Shown here piece after piece: positions 26,920 to 40,407 of a stretch of DNA of 64,000 bases. Made by a program: the position numbers and the translations under genes. The notes below the pieces were generated by a model that did not search any database, was not told the origin of the DNA, and worked only from the letters and a program-made list of their open reading frames with translations. Each line of letters opens with the position of its first letter. Position 1 is the first letter of the stretch. The stretch is taken from assembly GCA_037379345.1 (NCBI GenBank), contig CM074520.1:8866001-8930000 (forward strand). Direction: 5' to 3'. The DNA is from Perna viridis. Its lineage: Eukaryota.

Positions 26920-27103
26920 CCGGGGCAGCACGTGGAGTGTTTTTCATGAAGCAAAATCTGCTTACCCTTCATGAAAACGCGGATCTTTATTGCTGCTAGT
27001 TCCATGTGTGTTTTGATTGTTTGAATATTCTTTTCGCCCTTAGACCACCCTATCAATTATCTCCCTTTGTTATTGTAAACCTCGGTATGTTTGCCTCGAT
27101 TAC
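26920..27103 (-). mobile_element. Degenerate copy of the dispersed repeat (family of 41461-41900)
   Basis: gaagcaaaatctgcttacccttc motif in reverse orientation. Confidence 0.45.
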
Positions 27104-27656
27104 ACAGAGTAAATATAGAATTACTTACATATTTAATCTTTAAGGCAGCTCAATAATGCTGAGATTATGGCGCTTCAATCAATTGAAGCGCCTTAACCTA
27201 CGTCTCCTTCTCGACGGGAAAATACACTTATATATGCGGGTAACTGATTTAGTTAGAGATGTGTTTGTCTAATTTCAGACACTCGATCTGAAAACGGAAG
27301 GCAGTATAAAACGTAAAATGCCCCAAGATTCTAAATTAAGATGACACGTTATTAATAGTTGAATCATAAAATCATTTATCTCAAAAAGTGTTATTGACAT
27401 TTTTGAATTGAGAAAGAGAAATAATATGTATAACCGGACGCCTGGCAATGAAGAAAAAAAATTCGTAGAGAACCATTTTTCGTGGTTATTGTTAGAATGT
27501 CAAACCACGAATTCCAAATTCGGAAACAAACGAAAAGAAAATTTTCCATTCATTTGTGTGATGAAGTTAAATGGTGTCAAATCTATGGGTTGAAAAATCT
27601 ACGAACTGACGTTTTTCTCCTTAACTGCAAAAATTAGTGTCCACGAATATATAAGT

Positions 27657-28720
27657 AAGCGGCTCCAGGGAGCCTGAATCGCTCACCTGGTTAAATTTTT
27701 GCCTTTCAAGGGCACTAACTCTAACAAGGAATTGTCCGACAATTTTGACTCTATGAAAACTTTGGTAGGACTTATCAAAAGATCATTTCATCAATTGAAA
27801 GTTTCATTCTATCTATTATAGTTTTAAAGATATTAGCTGAAAACTGCTAAAAACGTATTTTTTTGCCTTTCAAGGGCAATACCTCTTACATGGAGTCGTC
27901 TGACAACTTTTATCCCTGAAGACATTTGAAGGCCTTATAAGAATCATTTCAGCAATTGAAAGTGTCATTCCATCTATCATAGTTTTCAAGATATTGGCTG
28001 AAAACTGTAAGAAAAAAAGCCATTTTTCACCTTTTAAGGGCAATAACTCTTACATGGAGTCGTCTGACAACTTTGATCCCTATGAATTTTTTGTAGGCCT
28101 TCTAATAAGGACCACTTTAGCTATTTGAAGATATTTGCTAAACCTAACGGTTTTGGAGATATATTCAAAAATCTGCTCCCTGACTCCTAGGTTCTATTTT
28201 TAGTAACAGCGGCCATGTTTTTGGCCGATCAAATATCCAAACGATCGTTTAGTTAAGGATACTCTAAAAAAGGAAAATACCAACTTTCATTGAAATCTGT
28301 ATTGTAGTTCTGAGGAGAAAATTTTTTAAAGTAATAACATCAAAAACAGCAAAACAAAAGTCCAAAAAGGGCAATAACTCCAACATGGGTGAACAGATTT
28401 TCACCAAAATTTGACCACAGATAGATTTCATCATGCTAAATACTTTTACCTAGTCATAATTGGGTTAAACCTAACGATGTTGGAGATATATGCAAAAATC
28501 TGCTGTCTGACCGCTATGTTCTATTTTAGTAACGGCGACCATGTTTTTAACAGGTCAAATATTTAAAAGGTCATTTTGTGCAATCATGTTAAGTTTCAAC
28601 CAAATCCATTCAGCAGTTTCAGGGGAGAAGATGTTTGAAGAAATTGTTAACGACGACGACGACGTCGACGGATGCCAAGTGATGGCAACAGCTCATCTGG
28701 TCTACGGCCAGGTGAGCTAA
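27657..28720 (-). mobile_element. HINE-type element, same family as 6189-7470
   Basis: gagcctgaatcgctcacctgg end; internal ~165-bp repeats (aagggcaataactct); (GAC)n microsatellite; gatgccaagtgatggca...caggtgagctaa end. Confidence 0.8.
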
Positions 28721-30269
28721 GAAGTACGAATAATCAGTTGTGGAAAAGAAAAACCTTACAGATCTATTTCGCTTTGTACTCGATTTCCGTTTGTCTGGAC
28801 GAAACACAAACTATTTTACAATGTCATTACTTTAATTCATTATCTTAAACGAAGTATGAGGCCAGATTTATATGTTATTATCAATTGCAATTTAGTAATA
28901 TTATACAGGAAGTATTTTAGTATAATTGCATGATTGACCTCTATGTAAAATGTTTCCTGCACTGTTTCTGCCATTTTTTTTCTAAATGAAGAAATTTCTC
29001 TAATAAAAATTTTCTTTTCCAATTGGAAGTTAAAAAGGTAAAATTGTACAATGCAGATATTTAGTACTAACATATAATAAATACACATTCTAAAACTGAC
29101 CACATTTAAAATCAAATATAAAATGTAGGGATTTGCTAAGTGCTATACAGAACAATTGTAACCTTTTTTTACATATCAAAAACTTGAATTTTCGAAATTA
29201 GAGATCAAATGTGATACTTATAACTCACAATAGTGGCTTAAAGCATTTTTTGAGTCATTGCCCTATATAAACTAAACCCCTGTATATAGTTTCTGAAGTC
29301 CCGAATTTCAAGAGATTAAATATAAAAGTAGAAAGGGAGCTTTAAACGTTTTACGAAACTTCACCAATACAACGGAAAACCCAGCCTTTTACCGACATGT
29401 CAATTACAAAGGGACAAAAACTGTATACCATAATTCCTTGGTCGTAATTACCTTCTATTATTTTTTTTCTAAGTTAAACTCTACTTATTATTAATTTTTA
29501 TAGATGAAACCTATCAATGTGCATCAATGGATCTCCAAAATTTCTAGACCATTTCCGACAGGTCAACAATCTTATACATATAAATATGCAGCTCTATGCA
29601 TCTCAAAACAAGGGCTATGGTTGTTTTTTTTTCTGAATAGTGGGGGGGGGGATGATAAAAAGGATTGTTCAAATGATGTGAGATATATTCTACAGTATGT
29701 GTTTATTTTGCTGGAATCTAATATAAACTTATGGAAACAAAAAGCATATTGATTTATTATCTTTTTATTTTGCAATTGTCCTCTATACTTCTGTCAACAA
29801 CCAGTGTCCACAATGTTTGCTGTAGTATTGGCAAAATATATATACTTGCTATGAATAGTAAAGAAATTAAAATAAACTGTTGTTCATGGAATGATTTTAA
29901 AGTCTTATGAAACTAGTGTAGTATGTTGTCCTAAACTGTAAACCAGACTTTTCCAATAACTTCATTCACTGTGAAACAGGTCCTTTCTGTCCAGATTGAA
30001 GAATAAACTTTTACTACAGAAATAAGTAGGCTCCTACAAAAGAGAAATCTAAGTAGAGAGATTCAGAGTCAATTAAGAAAAAAACCTGCAAAAGGTATAT
30101 TCTATAGAACATTATGTACACATGCCAGCGTACCAGGAAGAATCTCAAGGCAGTTACAGTGACATACATTAGTATTCGTGGCTTCTTTAATAACTGTTTG
30201 AATTATTAATGTATAACAGATCGCAAGATTTGTCATTTAAGACAATGCAAATTCTGATTATGTCTTTTA

Positions 30270-30532
30270 AAAGTCTCTTTCTTGATGTGTGTGCTGAGCT
30301 GGATCTTCATTTGGTAGCTCATAGAAGCAACAGCTGTAGGTAGGCATGTCACCTACTTTGACACATCATTCTGACTCTAAGCCAACCAGCTGTCACTCTG
30401 TCCCCTGAAATACTGCATGCTTAACAAAAGGCAGTGACTGACAATTTTAAAGTCTGGTGTGATTGGAACAGGGATCAAACTCATGACCTCCATTCCTCAT
30501 GATAAACACACTTACCTGAGACCACCACGGCA
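30270..30532 (-). mobile_element. Decayed tRNA-derived SINE (RUDI-like)
   Basis: Degenerate B box (gggatcaaactc on + strand). Body gctgagctggat...agcaacag...catgtc...gacacatcattctgactctaagccaaccag resembles the bivalve RUDI SINE consensus as I recall it, with CpG decay. Confidence 0.65.
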
Positions 30533-32742
30533 TATAGTAATATTGTGTTTAATTTATTTGTAAATAAATATATACTTTCAATGGCAGCAAACTATTTTTG
30601 CAGGTGTGTATAATTAAAATGTTTAATGAATTCTAACTAATTTTGTGACATAACTGAATTTAATAAATTTTCATAAGGAATCCAATAAAATAAAATTGAA
30701 TTTGGACCAAAAATAAAGAAGTATTTTTTTTGGGTGTGGGCCCCTTGACGCATTATAACTCGAAAGCTGTAAGTGATATCTAAACTCTGATTGAGAAATG
30801 CAGGCAGGGATTTTCATTAGGAATCCAATTATTAAATTGAAATCGGACCAAAATAAAAAAGTCGATTTTTTTTTTTTGGGGGGGGAGGGACTTGACTCCT
30901 TATAACTCACAAAAACGGCCCAAATTTGATGACCCATTTGTTTAACAGAATTAAAAAAGGAAAACAATAGAAAAAGGTATATCAAAATTGACTGAAAATT
31001 CTAAAGTGGATTATTATTTCTCTGGAGTCCTTCAACAATAATAATAATCTTCTGTCATGCACATTTTGGATTAGGTGTAGTTCAACTTGAACATGTATAA
31101 CTTGCTAGTTAAATAATCTCCCTTTGGTGTCATCCAAACATCATTGTATTCCTTCATGCACATCTGCATATGATACCCAATTTCCCAATAAAAAGTTTAT
31201 CAAAATCCCCTGAGCAGTTGTGAAAGAGTAAGGATTACAAGAAACATGGACTGAGGGTGATTTCCTATATTCTTCCAACCTTTGAGGGGATAAAACAACC
31301 TATAAATACAAAATGTTTATGTTTCCTATTAAATCTTCAGAAATTGCTTAGTATGAACAATTCATAACATTAAAATAACACGTACAAAAAATTAACATAC
31401 AACACCTTAACCAATTCACAGAACTAAAAGTGTGATCTGTCATTGATCATCGATCTGTCAAATCAAGTCGCTTCCAGTTTTCAACTGTGAACAGCTTAGC
31501 ATGGCACAGTTGAGTAAAGTTAAGCCATTCTGATTCTGTGTATTTCCCTGTTTAAAGTTACTCCCTACAAGTACATGAATTCATTCATTTTATATCAAAT
31601 AGAGTGAAATATTTGTCTCTTAATGTAAAAAAAAGCCTTACAATAATTTCAAGAAAGACGCAAAGAAGAAGTAATACATTTTTGGTCAAATGAATAAATA
31701 AGTAGTCCAAATTACACAGCAGAATTTTTTATGACCCATGAAAAATGCTTTGCAGGGCATAAATAAAAAAATCCACACCTAATTGTAGACATCATAGAGT
31801 CCAGGTCAGGGTTTGTCCACGTAATGGCTGACACGTGCCTGGAAAACTTTGCACCTAAGACTAAAAATCTGACGATGTAATTACTTTAAATTTTATAATT
31901 AACTTAGAGCATTACATGCAGTTTTACATGTCCTTTCCACTAGAAGTAGATTTATTCCGCGTCAAATTTCACACCCACCCATTAGAACGTGTACGACTGC
32001 TGATGCGTGTGTTTCGATACAAGCACATGTACCCTATAAAACAGATAAATGCCCAATGTTTAGGTAAAGGATTGGAATACAAGTATACATTGAATGGCTG
32101 CAAACTAACGGAACTGTGAACCGAAACTTAATGCCTATTTTGCATCAAGCCTTTTAATTTTTTAAATTAACTTACGAATCCCAAGACTTTTAATTCATGA
32201 CATTCATTCAACCCACTATACTGTGTTTTGAATTACGTAGTGGTAGAGGTTACAGACCACCAATTCAACCAATGAGCATTTGGAACGTACGCAAAAATAG
32301 TCCTACGCAGAAATTACCCCTGTTCCTCATAGTGCTGTGAAAAAAGTTCTCATCTTATTTAAAAAAATTAAACAGTTTCTGAAAGGAAAAACATTTCTGT
32401 ACATTTTATAGGTGCATTTTGCCTCTTGTGATGTGAAGCCTAATCTCCATAATGATTTTTAAATATACCCCTATCTTGTGAAAACACTGGGATTTCCCAT
32501 GCTATTTATAGACCCTTCACTTCCGGTGACCAGTACTGCACTGCAAGTCTGCTAACCCCACATGCCATTCTGAGGATTGTGAGCTGACATATGTAGAATC
32601 ATGCTGATATATAGTCCTCTGCAGGTTAAAGTTAAGATAAAGTCCAGAGAAGCCATTGAATATTGTGAAATTAGCATAGAAGCCTATGGGAAGTGGAATT
32701 AGTGGTTTTTAGCCTAGGACCGGAGGTAATGTTCGCGGCCCC

Positions 32743-32790
<48 letters not shown>

Positions 32791-33344
32791 AAAATGTATA
32801 TTTTAGTACGAAATCTGGATTTTCCACAAATATTACACCCCCAACCCCCAAATAAAAAGAAAATCTATGGTAATCATTTGGTTTCTTCATATTTTGAATG
32901 CCTTTGAATAGTATTACATAGGAGTCGCCATTCGTGATGTACATAAACTTACATATATTTTTCATCGTAGTACATTTGTTTTCAGCCTCATTTCAACACT
33001 CATTGAAGTGCAGATTATACAGGTCATCAAGTCTGTCTATAGCAGAAGGGAGATAATGTATTAATTATCCAACATTCTTCTCAATCTAAATATATACACA
33101 GCAACACTTTACAGTTTTCTGTAACACCTTTGATCAATCAAGTATATAAAAACTGCTGCAACAGGTATAATTACATCTAAAGGTTGTTCCAATTTCTAGT
33201 TGTGTTCATTTTCATACGTTTGTCCATATCTATTTTTAATGGTTTAGGATTTAGAATGTGTGTTGTGCATGTATACAGTTACAATTTATAATTATTATGT
33301 TACTCTCCATGATTAAAAAAACAATAAGCTCCAGTTTTTATTTA

Positions 33345-33492
33345 AGTCCACGAGTTGATAGTTACTTTTGTTTCTTGGTGTGTGTTATTTTATATTAGTA
33401 ATTTCATGTTCTTTCTTGTACATGTCTATTTTCCCCATGGAATATATTCTTTAATTACCGCTCTCTCGGGAATCTTGGTTCTCTTGATTACT
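33345..33492 (-). mobile_element. Partial copy of the dispersed repeat (family of 41461-41900)
   Basis: gagttgatagttacttttg...ggaatcttggttctcttgatta. Confidence 0.55.
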
Positions 33493-35205
33493 TTACCATT
33501 TTCGGGAAGATGTTTCGCAATTAATACAATGAATTATAAAGCAATTTTTCCGATAATGTTCCTTAACGTATACATATAACGCACTGTTTTACATAGATGC
33601 CCATCGATTTGATTTTATCATAAATTTACGTGTAGACCATATATACATATAAAACTTCAATAAAACGTTTGTTTACGTCTTCAAAATTAGTAACTGTAAC
33701 AGAAAATTTGAACTTATGTATTCGGAAATGAAAACTAATTACGACGGTGAAAATAGAGAAAAAACGACACATTGTTGATCATCCTGTTTCCTGACCACTT
33801 TTGTATCTTTACGGGACAAAATGGGATCATTGCAACATCGACTTTAACAAGGATTAAATATGAATTTTCAACCAATGACTGGCATTGTTTAAAAATCTGT
33901 CTTATCTGCTACCATTTAGAATGGGTTTAACAACACGTAAACAACGCTGTAAAAATAAAATGTCTGAAATTTTAACTGAAAATAAATGGTCCGCTTCTTG
34001 AAGCAGACCAAGCAATAACAAGGATACTAAAAAGACAATAGACATAAACAACTTGTACAAAAAAGGGAATTTGATTGACATAATGGAGCAGTTGGAATGT
34101 TTTTACATAGGGTCAAGAATATTATACTCGTTGCATTTCTCACGGAGTTAAGTTGAAAGGTTTCATCTTCCGTCAAATCCTAAATAATGGTCACCATAAA
34201 AGACAGGTACCAATGTGTTTCTAATGTCCTTAATTTCATCTTATGGGATTAGATGAGATGAAGACAGTCAGAAACCAAATAGAATGTTCATAGAAAAAAA
34301 ATCATCTACACAAGAAAAGCTGAACTTACCATTCCAATTCGCGTTCATTAGAATTTAGATAAGCATAAGAGTGCAGAAAAAAGTAGGCAAGCAAAATTGT
34401 TTACAATAATTGCACACCGTGATGCTTGTTTAATCATTTGTACTCATCTGTACATAAATGTTTTCTGTAAAAAGGGTTAACACTGTAATGATTCCATCAT
34501 ATGAGTATTTGTCATTTTTTAAACAAAATTAGATCAATCTGCGTTTACTGTTTCCTTAAGAGTTAAGTATGAACATAAAATTAACTGTACTTGTAATTGC
34601 GGGCATTGCCATTAGATATTAGATAGAATTATAAGGATGACAAATCGAAAGTTATATTTTACTTAATAATGAAAGAGACCTAAATATAAAGATTAAAGTA
34701 AACATCTAAAAAGAAATTTGGTAGTACACTTGGATGGCGAAATAGTGAAACGCTCTGTGTATGGTTAACAATGAAGTTTGTGTCTTTTCTAAAACGTTTT
34801 AGCTATGTTCTACGTGGGGTTATCTTGTGCTAATTATCAATTAAGATATGAGAAAGCATCATTCTGATACTTTGTGCCAATGTTAATTTCTTCATTCATT
34901 ACGTTGGAAATGTATAATTTAACCTCATTAGGTAATTTTCACTTATGACCATCTCACATAAGCGGATGGCGATTTAAGAACGATTAAAGTGTTGACTTTC
35001 GAAGTAATATAAATCCGATAAAAATTCTGGGAGCTAAAATATGATATTAACACTAAAGGTTACTTAAACAAAATCAACTAATTTTGAAAAACAAGAAATC
35101 AAATTTATTGGATGTGACAAAAATAATCTTTTAATTAAAAAAAAAAACTATTTGCACGCACAAAAGATTTCTTCACTGGGTTCCTAAAGATAGTGAACTA
35201 ACACA

Positions 35206-35422
35206 TTAAGGAGGTAGACCTAGGCTAAAGGACACAACTCTTACAGATCATTGGATCGTTTGTATTCAGCAGTTTACATCAATTTCATGTAAGCATCAAA
35301 GTAACTTGGTCAGATTTCATTCTGTTTCAAATGAAAGCTTGATAGGCTTTGGTGAAATTGAATATGAAACAAGCATACCACTGATTTCAAGAGTTTTGCC
35401 CCTTACCCTAGGTCTACCTTAA
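35206..35422. mobile_element. MITE with TTAA target site (Kolobok-like)
   Basis: ttaaggaggtagacctagg...caactctt mirrors aagagttttg...cctaggtctaccttaa. Confidence 0.7.
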
Positions 35423-36408
35423 CACAATTAATCCCCCTTGATTTTCGTTGTATACTAAAATAGTTCCAACTTTGGTAGTAGGTACCTTCCACATTTTTTC
35501 ATATTTTTACTGGAAAATTATATGCTGAAGTTTTGCCTTTAATTGGTAGAAAATAGGTTTACATGGGCTTTTTTCATTTATCAATTCTGACTAAAGTTGT
35601 GATTTGGTTCAGTGGAAGAAGGTTAAAATCTAGGACTTTTAACTCAGTTCATTTATCATGTTTACCCCATCTCCGGGTCATATGTATTAATTTCAGAAAA
35701 TGATGGTAAAACTTTCTACAATTTACATATAAAATCCTGTTTGTACATATCTTTAGGCCAGAGAAGTTTTATTCAGTTTGCGTCGGTGGAATTTTTAAAT
35801 CTGCTCAACTTGAAAATTGATTATGGTTTTGTGCTTCCTTAAACAGTGTTCTTGTTAGAAATGACATTTATATGAGACAAAATTGTATTTATTATTAAAG
35901 TTTTATTGCCAAGAAAAGAAAATATCAGGATACGGAGACTACACGACTGTTAAGGTAACGTCATTCATAAACTAAGTATATATAGTATTGAAATTGACAA
36001 AAATGGCAGAGAATTTCTCTGATTTTTTAAAATCTTAAAGTACTAGACTAAGTATTAGTAATTCACAAATAAAGGATTTCTAAGTCTGAATATTCAATAC
36101 ATGATGCGAAATTAAATCTAAATAGTATCATTAAGTTCAGCTTAAGTCAATATTTAGGACATTCCCTTAATGTAATGTTTTCATTCAAAGTTTTAATAAT
36201 ACATTCAATTAAGCGCTTAAACATTGCTAAATGCATCTGTATATGCATTTCATACACAGGCATAAGTCAAATTAAAGTACTGAATTTTGTCGCTCGTTTT
36301 GGCAATGATCATCAATGCATTATATGAGTTGATCAAATAATCTTATATTAGGAGTATTTTTCTGATCTAAACTGCATAATCTCACAAACATTTCTGTTTT
36401 CGCCCAGC

Positions 36409-37590
36409 TTATTTGTTAGGATTTTGTTGGCGCCGAAACATCCCATACAATGCACGTTTAAAGTCTCCATCCATTGAAGTGTAAATAAACGGATTAATAA
36501 TATTGTTAATGATGTATGAATGATAGAGAAACAACAATACTGACATTTGTGATGATGTCAACGTTTCCCAAAAGTTAAGCTCAAGACCCTCCAGTATTAG
36601 CAATGTCGCAATTGGTGAAAAACAAATTAGAAAAACGCTTGTTATTACCATAAACATTATGGAGATTCTATACTTCATACGCTTGGCATGTCTTTTTAAT
36701 TTTTCTGAGACATTTTTATTTTCTTTGTCAGGAACAACTCTTTCGACACCAGATTCCATATTATCACATCCTTCTTCACTCGACTGGAGGTTTTTTAGCA
36801 TTGCGTCACTTTTTGGTCGCACTTGCTCTTTTTCTGTCCCAGCTGCAATGTTATTATCGTAAACGCTGCTTCTGTTTTCTATGTGTTTTAAATCCAGATC
36901 TTTTCCTTCTTTTCTTTCTCTGCTCTGCTTAAGCCGTTTTGAATGTAATCTGATGGTATACCCAATGCGACCGTACAGAATGAGAAAAGAAGAGAACATA
37001 GTTAAAGTTAAGGCAGACACCACTATACCGTATGTAACCCCTTCTAACTTTTTGCCACATCGTTTTCCGATATATTTTCCGTCTCTATAATAATCAACAA
37101 TCCCATACATTACGGCAAGGGGTGATGAAAGACTGACAGCACTAATTATTGCAGTAACTAACATGATACGTCTCCATTTTAGTTTTAAACTTTGATTCCT
37201 ACATATTTTCATATACCTTTGAACAGCGATACACAATAAAACAAAAACGGAATTAAACGTTGAATTTCCAATGGTATAATACATAAACTTGCACAATATT
37301 TCATCATCAAAGTCCAACTGTATAAGGTCCCATGCTATGCTCATTGATGTACAAATCATACAAGCTATTAAATCTGCCCATGCCAGAACTGGTATAAAGT
37401 ATCGCTCCTCCGACGTTTCTCCCATTCTGAATTTATAAACCACCAACACAATAGAATTACCTATAACACCTATAACTAAGTATATAGAAAGAGCTACAAC
37501 ATCTAAAGTGACATCTAGATGATGTGTGTCTTGCCATGATATAGAGGTATTACTTGACAGGTTTGTGATTGAATTTTCGTCAAAATTCAT
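36409..37590 (-). CDS. Rhodopsin-like (class A) orphan GPCR, paralog 3, 393 aa from the first ATG
   Basis: 7TM; GN, ERYFIPVLAWAD, LCK, IAVQRY, RCG, CFSP, NPFIY; N-terminal sequons NLS and NTS. The ORF-track start at 37599 is GTG; the ATG is at 37590. Acceptor at ~37619. Confidence 0.92.
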   Translation of the reverse strand: MNFDENSITNLSSNTSISWQDTHHLDVTLDVVALSIYLVIGVIGNSIVLVVYKFRMGETSEERYFIPVLAWADLIACMICTSMSIAWDLIQLDFDDEILCKFMYYTIGNSTFNSVFVLLCIAVQRYMKICRNQSLKLKWRRIMLVTAIISAVSLSSPLAVMYGIVDYYRDGKYIGKRCGKKLEGVTYGIVVSALTLTMFSSFLILYGRIGYTIRLHSKRLKQSRERKEGKDLDLKHIENRSSVYDNNIAAGTEKEQVRPKSDAMLKNLQSSEEGCDNMESGVERVVPDKENKNVSEKLKRHAKRMKYRISIMFMVITSVFLICFSPIATLLILEGLELNFWETLTSSQMSVLLFLYHSYIINNIINPFIYTSMDGDFKRALYGMFRRQQNPNK

Positions 37591-38654
37591 TTTAGACACA
37601 AGTTAAGCTTTGGAAACTCTGGGATACAAATACGGAAATAAGTATATTGTATTCAAAAACTTCCGCTTGTACTAATGACAATTAGCTGTAATTTATTTTT
37701 CAGTTTATTCAAGTATTCATTATTACATATAAAACGTCGCTACCTAGATGTACAACTATACGAAGAGAAGGAAGATTTCATATTACTTGATTGTTTGCGA
37801 TTAACTTTACACGTCATCCCTTTTACAATTCACCAAATGGTTTATAAGTTTATATTATCTTATATAAAATTCAAATTAGGCTGAGTATATGGTATAGCTC
37901 AATTATAAAAAGACTTCCTTTAATATCAAATTCCTCTGCATATGTTCTTCGTACCCGTCAAAAGAAACAAACAATTTGAGACATTTGAACCCTATCTTGG
38001 TCATATACGTATAAAAACGGACATAAAATAATGAAAAAGAAGACGAACACAGTTATCCCAAATTGCACGGATTTCATTTCCTGAAATACCAACATCTTAC
38101 AGATTTATCAATCCAACACAGTATACTGCTTTGGCTTGATCGTTACAAGAAATAAGAAATACCTATACAGATACTCCGAATGCACCATCCGAAAAGTAAT
38201 GAATAGAGTCATTTGGTACTATAGATGTACAACAGTTCAATGTAAATAACCTCGTTTACCTACATTTTTTCTGCAAAATTTAAAAAAAAATACAAAGTCT
38301 TATCAAGACTCATAGAAGTTATGATGTAGCTTAAAATCTCACAAATGTTGACAATATAACTGTCAAAGCTGAGATTTCCCTCCAGCCAACTTCGATATAA
38401 TTATTTAAATATGATAGGCATAGAAATATACAAGTCATGAAATGTCTCAGTCGGTCATATCAGTTTTACGTGAAGAGCGGATGACGCTCAGTCTACAAAT
38501 AAACCATCCTAATGTTTTATTTTGGTTTTTTTTTGTGTGTCTGGATACAATATCTTTCTCCGTTATGATGTATCCATATGCACTAGAAGAACCTATTTGT
38601 TCACTATGTCATAGTTTTTCTTTCCTCCTTCATGTACCCTGGACATGACACTTT

Positions 38655-38880
38655 ATGATCAACTTGGCGGCTGCTTCAAGAAATGAAGCAGACGCTGACC
38701 CTACCGGTGCACCTGGTCCATACTCCTAATTTTTTGTTGCTAATTTACTTTTGTGTCTATTTGCGTATTATATTTCGATTATTTAATGTTCCTTGTTGTG
38801 TGCGTCTATTTTTTTATTCAGATGTTATCACTGTATTATGTTTTTTTTTATTACCATTTGAATCCTTGTTCTCCTGATTT
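38655..38880 (-). mobile_element. Copy of the dispersed repeat (family of 41461-41900)
   Basis: gaagcagacgctgaccctaccggtgcacctggtccat...aatccttgttctcctgatt. Confidence 0.7.
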
Positions 38881-39018
38881 CCCTTGGCTATATGTGTGAC
38901 CGTGGTATCTATGACTAACAATTGCTCTTATATTTTCTATTTGATGTATGATTTCTGAATGAATAATTTCGGTAAAACAGATATGAAAAAAATATGAAAC
39001 ACTTATTTCTAGTTAGAT

Positions 39019-40407
39019 TCACAAGCACCGTAACAGTCTTTTTGCTGCATTTCTGAATTCGAGGTCCATAAAAGCATAAATAAATGGATTTGCGATATTG
39101 TTTATAATGAATGTCCGATATAACCAAACTACCAAGCTCGCCTGTGAGCGAGAAAGTCTTTGCCAAAAATCTGGATAAAACCCTTCCAGTGTCAAGATGG
39201 ATGATACTGGAATAAAACACACAAGGAAGACTGTTGTAACTACCATAAACATAAAGGAAAACTTGTTCATCAAGCGACGGTTCCGCTTCTTTTTACTGTT
39301 TCTTTTCTTTTTCTTTGGTGTAAGATTATCCGACGTTGTGTCGAATGACGCCAAAGAGCCTGCGGAAAATGACGTTGTTGATTTCAGCACATTTGAGCCT
39401 GTGTCATTCTCATAAGACATTCTATTATCAGACGACGAACCAAACCCAGCTGTTAGCACTCTATTTTTGATTATTTGTATTTTGAGTAAATTGATACCCG
39501 AACTTGATGTGCTTTGTAATTTTTTTTTCTTCCCATTTAAATTCGAGATCGGTTGTGTTACCGAGTATCTACCAGTTTCTATATTCGAAAAAGCCCGACG
39601 CCGTTGTGTAATATCACTTTCACTCTCTTCGGTTTGTGATGTCTCTGAAATCCCTTCGTTTTTGCCTGCTTTAGATGATAAAGTTGAGTGTTCATTTTCT
39701 GATTGATTGTTCGCATTTCTATTTTGGAGCTTTTTGAAATGTTTATAAATTGCAAAACCAATTTTCCCGTACAAAATTATGAACGAAACATATGTACTGA
39801 AAATAAAGGCAGAAACAACTATTCCATAAGTTGCTCCAACAAGGTGATTTTCATATTTCAGTTTGTTGCAATTTGATGAAATTATTGTTCCATTACTTTT
39901 TAAATGCACTATTCCGTACGTCAGACATAAAGGTATAGTGAATGAAATGGCACAAAGCAGACACAATAAAACCATAACCCGCCGAGTTTTTAAGCTTAAA
40001 GTTTTCTTCTTGCAAATTTTCAAGTAACGTTGAATAGCTATACACAGTAAGAGGAATATTGACATGTATTCGGAATTTCCCATGAAATAATAGACAACTT
40101 TACACAGGGCCTCGTTCGTGAAGTTTTTCTGGTAATAATTCCAGACGATACCAAGTGATGAACACGTTACACATGCGACCATGTCTGAGACGGCTAAAAC
40201 TGGAATAAAATATCGTTCTTCTGACGATCTGTTCATGTGATTTTTGTAAACCAGAATGACGATCGTATTTCCAACAATGCCTATCAGCATGTAAATTGAC
40301 AATGTCACATAGTCAGGAATCGTATCTCGGTCCCAGTTGAATACGTCCATAGCACCTCTCTTAGGCAACGTACTGTAAGTTGTGTTTGAGGCAATACCCA
40401 TTTGCAT
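39019..40407 (-). CDS. Rhodopsin-like (class A) orphan GPCR, paralog 4, 462 aa
   Basis: 7TM; GN, ERYFIPVLAVSD, LCK, IAIQRY, CFIP, NPFIY; long Ser/Thr-rich ICL3. Acceptor ttcttatag at ~40420. Confidence 0.93.
   Translation of the reverse strand: MQMGIASNTTYSTLPKRGAMDVFNWDRDTIPDYVTLSIYMLIGIVGNTIVILVYKNHMNRSSEERYFIPVLAVSDMVACVTCSSLGIVWNYYQKNFTNEALCKVVYYFMGNSEYMSIFLLLCIAIQRYLKICKKKTLSLKTRRVMVLLCLLCAISFTIPLCLTYGIVHLKSNGTIISSNCNKLKYENHLVGATYGIVVSAFIFSTYVSFIILYGKIGFAIYKHFKKLQNRNANNQSENEHSTLSSKAGKNEGISETSQTEESESDITQRRRAFSNIETGRYSVTQPISNLNGKKKKLQSTSSSGINLLKIQIIKNRVLTAGFGSSSDNRMSYENDTGSNVLKSTTSFSAGSLASFDTTSDNLTPKKKKRNSKKKRNRRLMNKFSFMFMVVTTVFLVCFIPVSSILTLEGFYPDFWQRLSRSQASLVVWLYRTFIINNIANPFIYAFMDLEFRNAAKRLLRCL

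Noticed and set aside
38103-38250. Open stretch IYQSNTVYCFGLIV...WYYRCT as the missing exon 3 of D
   Set aside because: Wrong acceptor phase, no suitable donor, and similarity is at chance level.
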